Below, piece after piece: positions 51,636 to 59,350 of a stretch of DNA of 64,000 bases. A program made the position numbers and the translations under genes. The notes under the pieces are model-generated. The model searched no databases and had not been told where the DNA came from. It was given only the letters and a program-made list of their open reading frames with translations. Each line of letters starts with the position of its first letter. Position 1 is the stretch's first letter. Source of the stretch: an uncultured bacterium (GTDB taxonomy: Bacteria; Patescibacteriota; JACMRA01); NCBI GenBank assembly GCA_963784355.1, contig CAWAQU010000003.1, forward strand, positions 64,001 through 128,000, read 5' to 3'.

Positions 51636-52277
51636 TTAATTTTGTGGAACAATTTGCTTGGGGCTAGGTATTTTTTCTACGATTGTTTCAAGTAATTTAT
51701 CAACTCCCAATCCTGTCTTAGCGCTTACATGCAATATTTCATCTCTTGGATAACCTAAAATTCTTTCAATTTCCTCACTTCTAGTTGCAATATCCGCATT
51801 TGGTAAGTCAATTTTATTTAAAACGGGGATAATAGCCAAATCCTGTTCCATTGCTGAGTATAAATTTGCTAGAGTTTGAGCTTGAATACCTTGGGTAGCG
51901 TCTACTACAAGCACCGCGCCTTCACAAGCGGCCAAACTACGGGAAACTTCATAAGAAAAATCCACATGTCCGGGTGTATCTATTAAGTTTAAAACGAAGT
52001 TTTTGCTTTTCCAAGACTCGTATTTTTGGATATCTTCAGTACTCAGATCAATCATTTCATCATTTTCAGCAGTAAACTGATAATTATAATTCATTCTAAC
52101 AGGCTGTAACTTTATTGTGATGCCTCTTTCTCTTTCCAAATCCATTTTATCTAGGGCCTGCTCTTTCATATCACGCATAGTAACAGTGCCAGTAAGCTCC
52201 ATTAATCTGTCGGCTAAAGTACTCTTCCCGTGATCAATATGGGCAATAATACAAAAATTTCTAATAAACTCAAGCAT
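51636..52277 (-). CDS. lepA: Elongation factor 4 (LepA), G-domain only; split or truncated
   Basis: [49 protein letters not shown] and SAK motifs; stops at 213 aa just after IPSP. Confidence 0.9.
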   Translation of the reverse strand: MLEFIRNFCIIAHIDHGKSTLADRLMELTGTVTMRDMKEQALDKMDLERERGITIKLQPVRMNYNYQFTAENDEMIDLSTEDIQKYESWKSKNFVLNLIDTPGHVDFSYEVSRSLAACEGAVLVVDATQGIQAQTLANLYSAMEQDLAIIPVLNKIDLPNADIATRSEEIERILGYPRDEILHVSAKTGLGVDKLLETIVEKIPSPKQIVPQN

Positions 52278-52330
52278 GTTTGATAAATGGCTTGTAATTT
52301 AGCCCTTGTCAACTTGTCCAACTAAAGAAA

Positions 52331-53263
52331 TTAGCTACTCATTTTTATAACCTCTTTAATTGCCAAAAAGCCCGCATCATGATCTCCCAATTTAGGGTTT
52401 TTGTCAGGCATAATAATATAGCAATCTATTGGGGCAACATGCTTCTGGATATCATCTGTTGCAAAAATCTGACCTGACTTTACTTTGGTACCGGTTTTTA
52501 CGTCATCTACAATAAATTTAAAATTAATTCCCGGCTTTATAGGGGCGATAAATTTGTAAACTTCAATTACATCTTGGTTATCTGTTTCCACAACTTCTAT
52601 AATAGGCAATTTTTCCTGATCCATTAAATTAAAGTGGTTGATCGCCATAACAACATGCTCCAAAGCTACATTTACAGTTGAACTAGCAGTATTATTACCA
52701 CACTCTATTGCCAGGCTTGGTATATTTAGCTGATTTGCCACACTTACTATTAATCCTGGAGTATGAGTTTCTTCAGTAGAGAAATGCAGTTTTATATTGG
52801 TAATTTTAGTGCTTAAATCTTTACTTTTTTCATCGGAAGCATAAATTACAGCCTGAAAATTACCCACGCTTACGGAGTGCATATCCAGTAAAAAACTAAT
52901 ATCCTTGTTTTCTTTTAAGAATTTCATCACCTCTATAGCCCTTCTTTCTTCAACTGAATTGGGCAAAATATTATCAGTAAATACTCTATTCATATTGATA
53001 TCAATAAATCTTAGATTCTGGGCATATGCTTCAGGATTACCTATAATAAAAGTAATTTTACCATGTTTAAGTGCATGGTTATTTTTAGTAAAATATTTGT
53101 GAAAATCAATCATAGCCTCTACACTAGCTGGTTCACTACCGTGTAAAGCACCCACAAAAACTAGATGTGGCCCCGGCAGTCCTGAATCAATTTGAAAACT
53201 ATGAGACAAGCTTGTGTTGGCATGCTGTTGGAAATATTTAATATTACTTTCTGTGTTTGACAT
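52331..53263 (-). CDS. Succinylglutamate desuccinylase/aspartoacylase family (M14-like) hydrolase
   Basis: HGSE, GNPEA, RF...MNR, LDMHS and ECG motifs; ATG 53263 chosen as start. Confidence 0.9.
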   Translation of the reverse strand: MSNTESNIKYFQQHANTSLSHSFQIDSGLPGPHLVFVGALHGSEPASVEAMIDFHKYFTKNNHALKHGKITFIIGNPEAYAQNLRFIDINMNRVFTDNILPNSVEERRAIEVMKFLKENKDISFLLDMHSVSVGNFQAVIYASDEKSKDLSTKITNIKLHFSTEETHTPGLIVSVANQLNIPSLAIECGNNTASSTVNVALEHVVMAINHFNLMDQEKLPIIEVVETDNQDVIEVYKFIAPIKPGINFKFIVDDVKTGTKVKSGQIFATDDIQKHVAPIDCYIIMPDKNPKLGDHDAGFLAIKEVIKMSS

Positions 53264-53273
53264 AGGCTTATAT

Positions 53274-53301
53274 AACAAAAAATCCCCTTTAGGTGGGGAA
53301 T
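53274..53301 (-). terminator. Intrinsic terminator (attenuator) just upstream of the desuccinylase-family gene
   Basis: UCCCC-ACCUAAA-GGGGA followed by UUUUUUGUU. Confidence 0.8.
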
Positions 53302-53334
53302 TAAATTTAATTTTAATAATGATAATAAACTAAA

Positions 53335-53391
53335 CTATTTCCCCTTGTGTGGAGTGACCATAATAATACAAAGGAGACCAGAGTTTAACAT
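53335..53391 (-). CDS. Putative leader peptide MLNSGLLCIIMVTPHKGK
   Basis: ATG 53391 to TAG 53335; promoter TTGACA-17-TATAAT at 53405-53433; its 3' GGGGAA complements the terminator 5' arm. Confidence 0.7.
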   Translation of the reverse strand: MLNSGLLCIIMVTPHKGK

Positions 53392-53429
53392 ACTATATAC
53401 TTTAATTATATTGAAAAATGCAAATTGTG

Positions 53430-54185
53430 TCAAGAAACCCAACTCAACCAAGTTTGGATAATTTTTATTTGGTCTTCATCTTTTAGGTCCAATTCAGGGT
53501 GCCATTGCATCCCCAAAATTTTTTTGTTTTTTATAGAGACTGCTTCAATTAAACCATCCGGAGCCACTGCTTCTACTTGTAAACCCTCGCCCAATTTGTC
53601 TACTCCTTGATGATGTATACTTGTCACCATGATTGTATTTTTATTTAAAACATCATATAGGATTCCATCTTTTTTTAAATCTACTGGGTGCACTTTTCCG
53701 GTTTCTACACTTTCATTATCAAAATCTCCATCTTCCTGCTTTTCTGCAGTATATTTAATGTGCTGCACTGGAGCATTTTCATCAAGGTGCTGAATTAAAG
53801 TACCGTTTTGGACTACGTTCAACATCTGGAAGCCACGACAAACAGCTAGTACAGGCAAATTCCTTTCCATTGCAGCTCTAATTAAATAGTAGTCATACCA
53901 ATCTTGAAAATTTTCGCTAGTTTTATTTTCCGGTCCAGTAGTGTACATACCTGGATCAATGTCTTTACCTCCAAGTACTATTAATCCGTCAGCCTCGCTG
54001 ATATATCTGGAAATTTCATCTTTTATGGTTTCCATATCATTAATTTTTGTGTGGAAAAAAGGTACTTGTGGTAAAAAACTCTGTTCAAGTAAAAAATCGG
54101 ACCATTTACTATGAATATAAATTATGGGCAAACCTTCTTTATAGGTCATAAACCTTGGTGAAATTAGTATTTTTTTCATTTTCAT
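53430..54185 (-). CDS. Peptidase C26 / gamma-glutamyl-gamma-aminobutyrate hydrolase family (PuuD-like)
   Basis: GGKDIDP, AVCRGFQMLNV, SIHHQ and QWHPE motifs. Confidence 0.92.
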   Translation of the reverse strand: MKMKKILISPRFMTYKEGLPIIYIHSKWSDFLLEQSFLPQVPFFHTKINDMETIKDEISRYISEADGLIVLGGKDIDPGMYTTGPENKTSENFQDWYDYYLIRAAMERNLPVLAVCRGFQMLNVVQNGTLIQHLDENAPVQHIKYTAEKQEDGDFDNESVETGKVHPVDLKKDGILYDVLNKNTIMVTSIHHQGVDKLGEGLQVEAVAPDGLIEAVSIKNKKILGMQWHPELDLKDEDQIKIIQTWLSWVS

Positions 54186-54196
54186 AAAATTTAATA

Positions 54197-54221
54197 TTAA
54201 AAAATCTCCCTAAATGGGAGT
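54197..54221 (-). terminator. Intrinsic terminator (attenuator) just upstream of the C26 hydrolase gene
   Basis: CUCCC-AUUUA-GGGAG followed by AUUUUUU. Confidence 0.8.
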
Positions 54222-54253
54222 GATAAAAAATTGGTATAGATAATTTTGCTCCC

Positions 54254-54310
54254 TTAATTTGGATTGTCTATGTCACAAGTACAAGCTAAAAGTAACGCAA
54301 AATTTAACAT
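54254..54310 (-). CDS. Putative leader peptide MLNFALLLACTCDIDNPN
   Basis: ATG 54310 to TAA 54254; promoter TTGACA-17-CATAAT at 54317-54345; GGGAG directly after the stop complements the terminator 5' arm. Confidence 0.7.
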   Translation of the reverse strand: MLNFALLLACTCDIDNPN

Positions 54311-54473
54311 GCTTTAATTATGGCAAATAATCTATTTCGTGTCAAAATGGTATTCATTTTCTTGTGAAAAAGTTAGGAATTAGATTGAACTCACTTTATA
54401 ATTGCATAAAGTAGTCCCATCCTTTGATTTAAAGCACAATTTCTAATTTAGGTCAATAGATGCGTAGGAACAA

Positions 54474-55019
54474 TCAACTAAACTGATAGCCTTTCAATTG
54501 ATTTTTATGGTTTTTAAAATCAAGATCAAACTTGCCGACCAGATCCCAAAAAGATTTAGAGTGGTTTTTTTCTTTTACATGAGCAAGTTCATGGATTGCC
54601 ACATAGTCTAGTAGCTCAAGTGGCACCAAGGCCAGTCTCCAGTTTAGACTAATCACATTTTTACCGCTACAAGAACCCCAGCGCGTATTAGCACTTGAAA
54701 GACGAAATTTAGTATAATTTAAGTCCATAACTTCTGACCAATGATCCAGTCTAGACTTAAGTAAAACTCTGGCTTTCTTTTTAACTTCAACCTCTTCGCT
54801 TTTAGCAACCCCAAGATTGGGGGCAGTATTTCGCTTTCTTTCTAAAACTCTTTTGATAGTATTTTGTATCCAAATCTGTTTTTTTTGAATAAAATCGTGT
54901 ATGAGATTTAAATTTGCTCTATTGGGTGCCCTTACTATCAATTCCGCATCTTTGGTGATTTGCAGACTGAGAGTTTTGCGTTTTGAGTAAATGATGTTTT
55001 TGGGAGTAATAAGGCTCAT
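54474..55019 (-). CDS. YgjP/DUF45 (M48-like) metallohydrolase
   Basis: SKRKTLSL, VRAP, RWGSCS, LNWRL, HELAH and NHS..FW motifs. Confidence 0.92.
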   Translation of the reverse strand: MSLITPKNIIYSKRKTLSLQITKDAELIVRAPNRANLNLIHDFIQKKQIWIQNTIKRVLERKRNTAPNLGVAKSEEVEVKKKARVLLKSRLDHWSEVMDLNYTKFRLSSANTRWGSCSGKNVISLNWRLALVPLELLDYVAIHELAHVKEKNHSKSFWDLVGKFDLDFKNHKNQLKGYQFS

Positions 55020-58000
55020 TATGATTCTTTTGATTCAAAAAACCTAGCTACATTCCAGATTTTATTTCCAAAATTGCGATATTTTTCACACATTTTGTCC
55101 GCAAGTTTTCCACCGAGTCTAAAATTACGATTTGGAATCATGTTGCTCATCATCGCCAATCTAAGACTATCTGAAGAAAATTTTTCAATCTGATCTTCCA
55201 CATTTAACCCGTTACCTAGGGATTTGCTCATTTTTCGTCCATGCTCGTCTAGAACAGTTGGGTGAATAACTACATTTTGGTAAGGAGTGCTGCCTGTAAA
55301 GTATTTTGAGACCAACATCATGCGCACAATCCATTGGTAAAATATCTCTCTGGCACTAACTAAATCTTTGGTAGAGTAATATGTTTCAAAATCAGTATTT
55401 TTCTGCCCTTGCAGATGGTCTAAATATCCAAGTGTACTAAGCGGCCACAAACAAGAACTAAACCATGTATCTAGTATTTTTGTTTCCTGCATCCAATTTC
55501 CTGGAATTTCAGGTTTTTCCGTACCGATTTGGATTTTTTCTTGGACTGCAGGATCATTTTGCCACTCATTAAAATTATAAAAAATGCGATTTGGATTTTT
55601 TTCTAAATTGTACCACACAGGGAATCGATGACCCCAAACCAGGTCTCTTGAAATACACCAGTCTTTTACACTTTCCAGATAGCTTATTGCTCTGTCTTTA
55701 AACTCTACCGGGTAAAAATTAGTTTCCTCAGCAGCTTGTAAACCGATTTGCTGTAAATTATTGGGTTTCTCAAGCCAAATTACTACAAGACCGTTGCTTT
55801 GAATTTTGTTGTAGTATTGCTCACCAAAAAGATTTTTATAGGTTTCTTTTATATCATTTATGGTATAATTTTCTTGAATTTCGGGTACAATTTGTGTGAA
55901 ATCAAGTTTTACACTTGCAGCTGAATCTAGATTCTGATATGTCTCAACTTTTTTAATGTTAAATTTGTAAATTTTGTTGTTTACTTTATCATTTAATTCT
56001 ATAATATCTCCTGATTTCATATCACCAAAGTATTTGTCTGGTTCTTCAGGATTTAAAGCCCTAGTTTCAACAGATTTTTCTCCTGATAGGATTTTATTTA
56101 AAATATCTAACTGTAGATCATTTCTAAAATTTAAAGACCAGGTTTTAGTATTGCTATCTTCACCAGTACTTTTTACTACAGGATTAGTGTAGCTCAAGAA
56201 GAACTCTTCTGAAATTAGGGGTTCAATAACCGTTTTTGATCTCTCGCAAATTACCACATTATGCTCATAATCCCAATTTATATCCAGTTCTTCACCAATT
56301 AAATCACGTAGAAATTTTATTCCTTCTTTGTATGAGTAGTTTGCTGGATCAAAAGCTTCACTTTTTAGACTTTTGGCTACTTTTTCCCTAATTTTTGCTT
56401 CCTGTTCAATAAATTCGGTTTTTACTGGTACAAATTCTGTTTCTATAAGTTTTTTAATAACTGCTAACCTACCCTGCTCTACCGTCAACCCTTCAAACTC
56501 ACCACAAGCTTCAGTAAGTTTTCCATCTCGATTTATAGGATGCTTAAATCCAAAGCTATACCAACTTTTATTTAAAAATTCTTGATATAATTCATAATCA
56601 AATTGATCACTGGCCGGAGTGATTTTTAATATACCTGTACCAAAATCCGGATCGACTTTTTCAGAAATCAGAAGCCTAATCTTTTTTATATCCAAACTGG
56701 GTAGCTCAAAAGATATACCTAAAAGACCCGTTTTAATTGCTTCAATGGTTTCCAATGCAATTTTTTCATCAAATCCCCCATGGTCTCTTTCAAAAAGATC
56801 TAAGTTAAAGTATTCATAAAATTTACTTGGGTGCATGGCGATTCCAATATCCCCAAAAATTGTCTCCGGCCTAACAGTTGATACTTTTACTCTGGGTAAT
56901 TCAAGAGCGGATTTAATATATTTAGAAGCAAACTCATACAAAAAGGCTTTGTCCGGATTTTTATTTTGATCAAACTCCACCCCACTAAATTTATACTCAA
57001 AAGTAATAAACGGATCCACTCTATTTTCGTACTCAATTTCCCCGGCCACATCACTCACCGCAGTTTGCAGGCCAACGGACCAATTCACCAAATAGCTCCC
57101 TTTGTAAATCAACCCATCTTCCCAGTACTTTTGAAAAGCATAATTTATCATTTTATTAGCTCGCTCGTCTAAAGTAAACAAACTTCTTTGATAGTCCGGA
57201 GTGTCTCCCAAAATAGAACTTTGCATTTTTTGATGATCTCGCCACTCATCCACCTTGGACCAAGCTAAATCAACCCAAAGTTCTCGGTTATTTTGTTTTA
57301 ACCACTTTGGCCAAGTATTTTTTTCAATATCTTTCAATTCAGGTGCTGTTTCTAAGATTTTTTCATCAAAATCACCTTTTTTAATCAATTTATCAATCAC
57401 CCCTTCCAACTGTATTCCGGCATGATCTACTCCCGGATACCATAAGGTTTTTTGAGCTTTTTGTCTGTGAATTCTGGTTAAAGTGTCCATTAAATAGTGT
57501 TGAAAAGCATGTCCTGTATGTAAGGCTCCAGTAAGATTTGGCGGGGGCATTAAAATGCTATAATTCTCGTTAGCACCTACCTCCTTATGTAAAAATTCAA
57601 TTATTTTAGGACTGATTGGGTACATTTTAGTCGCATAAAAGTCATATTTTTCCTGCTCAGATGTAAATTCATTAGTGGTGTGTCCAATTTCATCTGGTAT
57701 AAAGAAAGTAGAATAAGAATTTTCAATTCCAAATATAGGCTTTTCTGTAGCAGTACCCTGTGTGATATGTTCTTCAGTTAATATTTCTCCATTTGGCAAG
57801 GCAATAGCCAGAGCCTGCACCACATACATTTTTCTGTCTTTTCCTTCAAGTTTTTCTAAGGCCTCATGAATTTTTTGCTCGGCAAATCTATCCCTATCTT
57901 CTTTAGACAATGAGTTGAAATATTCATCACTATCTCCAAACATTACTTTTTTACTATCCGTTCCAGGCCAATCTAAAGCTGAAAAGACAAAGCCCCTGTC

Positions 58001-58345
58001 TTGTGAAATTGTGGGTAAATTACTAATTTTAGCATATTCTTTAGCTTTAGTCAGGGCATCCTGTGTAAAACTCTCTCCGGTTTCTTCAACTTCAGGAAAA
58101 TCAATATGTGGTAAATCATTCAAAGTCAGCAGTTCAAAATGCTTATCTAGAGCAAGTTTTTGCCAAGCTAATTTAAAAATTTTAATTTTGTGTTTGTTGG
58201 TAGTTGCAAACAGGACTTTTTTTAATGAAGTCTCTAAATTTTGATTTTTTATTTGAATTTCAGGTGAACCCACTCCATTATTTTGCCAGGTATTATAGAT
58301 ACTTTCTTCAAATTCTTTCGGATTATAGCTGCTAGGCAAAGACAT
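55019..58345 (-). CDS. valS: Valine--tRNA ligase catalytic part with Ham1-like and ASCH-like insertions; no anticodon-binding domain
   Basis: YNPKEFE, MPPPNLTGALHTGHA, PGVDHAGI, TVRPET, DWCISRDLVWGH, LDTWFSS and KMSKSLGN motifs; ends NKIWNVARFFESKES*. Confidence 0.92.
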   Translation of the reverse strand: MSLPSSYNPKEFEESIYNTWQNNGVGSPEIQIKNQNLETSLKKVLFATTNKHKIKIFKLAWQKLALDKHFELLTLNDLPHIDFPEVEETGESFTQDALTKAKEYAKISNLPTISQDRGFVFSALDWPGTDSKKVMFGDSDEYFNSLSKEDRDRFAEQKIHEALEKLEGKDRKMYVVQALAIALPNGEILTEEHITQGTATEKPIFGIENSYSTFFIPDEIGHTTNEFTSEQEKYDFYATKMYPISPKIIEFLHKEVGANENYSILMPPPNLTGALHTGHAFQHYLMDTLTRIHRQKAQKTLWYPGVDHAGIQLEGVIDKLIKKGDFDEKILETAPELKDIEKNTWPKWLKQNNRELWVDLAWSKVDEWRDHQKMQSSILGDTPDYQRSLFTLDERANKMINYAFQKYWEDGLIYKGSYLVNWSVGLQTAVSDVAGEIEYENRVDPFITFEYKFSGVEFDQNKNPDKAFLYEFASKYIKSALELPRVKVSTVRPETIFGDIGIAMHPSKFYEYFNLDLFERDHGGFDEKIALETIEAIKTGLLGISFELPSLDIKKIRLLISEKVDPDFGTGILKITPASDQFDYELYQEFLNKSWYSFGFKHPINRDGKLTEACGEFEGLTVEQGRLAVIKKLIETEFVPVKTEFIEQEAKIREKVAKSLKSEAFDPANYSYKEGIKFLRDLIGEELDINWDYEHNVVICERSKTVIEPLISEEFFLSYTNPVVKSTGEDSNTKTWSLNFRNDLQLDILNKILSGEKSVETRALNPEEPDKYFGDMKSGDIIELNDKVNNKIYKFNIKKVETYQNLDSAASVKLDFTQIVPEIQENYTINDIKETYKNLFGEQYYNKIQSNGLVVIWLEKPNNLQQIGLQAAEETNFYPVEFKDRAISYLESVKDWCISRDLVWGHRFPVWYNLEKNPNRIFYNFNEWQNDPAVQEKIQIGTEKPEIPGNWMQETKILDTWFSSCLWPLSTLGYLDHLQGQKNTDFETYYSTKDLVSAREIFYQWIVRMMLVSKYFTGSTPYQNVVIHPTVLDEHGRKMSKSLGNGLNVEDQIEKFSSDSLRLAMMSNMIPNRNFRLGGKLADKMCEKYRNFGNKIWNVARFFESKES

Positions 58346-58395
58346 GGATTTATCTTTTCTAAAAAAGAAATTTTAGGCAAGTCGAGACATCATTT

Positions 58396-58824
58396 CTAAC
58401 TTTGATACTCGCCATCAAGCAAACTCTGGAAATTTGAAAATAGAAAATTTTGTGGTAATTCCTTATAATCTAGCCACCTGGCAATACAACTATCCGCTTC
58501 AAAAGCGGCAAAATCCGAATCAATTTCCATATAGTAGTTATAGCTTGTTTGTTTAAGATTATAATTATCCGGTTTAAAGACCCAGCCGTAGATACTTTTT
58601 CCCAAATAAACTTTTTTAGTGATTCTTTCTCTAGAAATCCCAGTTTCTTCCTCAAACTCGCGTATTAAAGCTTGGTCCGGACTTTCGCCCTCATCAATCC
58701 CACCGCCTATAGCTGAATACTTAAAATTTACATAAGGATTATGCAGCTCCTCAAACACCAGATATTTTTTGGTTTCAGGATTGAAAATTATCGCTTTTGA
58801 ACTTTCCCTGTACTTTGTTTCCAA
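58396..58824 (-). CDS. NUDIX hydrolase (start uncertain)
   Basis: Nudix box GGGIDEGESPDQALIREFEEETGI. Confidence 0.9.
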   Translation of the reverse strand: METKYRESSKAIIFNPETKKYLVFEELHNPYVNFKYSAIGGGIDEGESPDQALIREFEEETGISRERITKKVYLGKSIYGWVFKPDNYNLKQTSYNYYMEIDSDFAAFEADSCIARWLDYKELPQNFLFSNFQSLLDGEYQS

Positions 58825-58863
58825 ACCATCTTGAAAATGATATTCTTCTTTTAAGTAATTACT

Positions 58864-59334
58864 TTACATCAAAGATTTATAGTTCTTCAGTAACCAATTT
58901 CCCCATGAGCCCATTTCTGCCAAAATTTCTTGAATGCTCAACCACCGGCTAACACATTGGTCTGCTTCAAAACCTTCGATTGTACTTGAAGTTTCCAAAT
59001 AGTATATTTCATGAAAATACTTGTAGTTAATCATTTTTGGTTTCATCACAAAACCTTGTATAACTGAGCCAAGATAGTTGATTTTAGTAATTTCAGATTT
59101 TTTAATGCCGGACTCCTCTTCAAATTCCCTAAGTAGAGTTGTTTCCGCATTTTCTCCCAGGTCGGATTTGCCTCCAATAAAACTATATTTGTCCCAGGCG
59201 TAAGGATTGCCAACTTCCTCAAACACCAGATATTTTTTGGTTTCAGGATTGAAAATTATAGCATGAGCTCCGATAACTTCCTTATACTCAGTTAAACTTG
59301 GATCAAAACTATATTCTTCATAAAGTATAGGCAT
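58864..59334 (-). CDS. NUDIX hydrolase, paralog of the neighbouring gene
   Basis: Nudix box GGKSDLGENAETTLLREFEEESGI. Confidence 0.9.
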   Translation of the reverse strand: MPILYEEYSFDPSLTEYKEVIGAHAIIFNPETKKYLVFEEVGNPYAWDKYSFIGGKSDLGENAETTLLREFEEESGIKKSEITKINYLGSVIQGFVMKPKMINYKYFHEIYYLETSSTIEGFEADQCVSRWLSIQEILAEMGSWGNWLLKNYKSLM

Positions 59335-59350
59335 AAAAAATAATCATATT

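Noticed and set aside
55765-58222. ValRS insertions as inteins or introns
   Set aside because: No Cys/Ser...His-Asn splice motifs or homing endonuclease signature; the inserts resemble Ham1 and ASCH domains and keep the frame.
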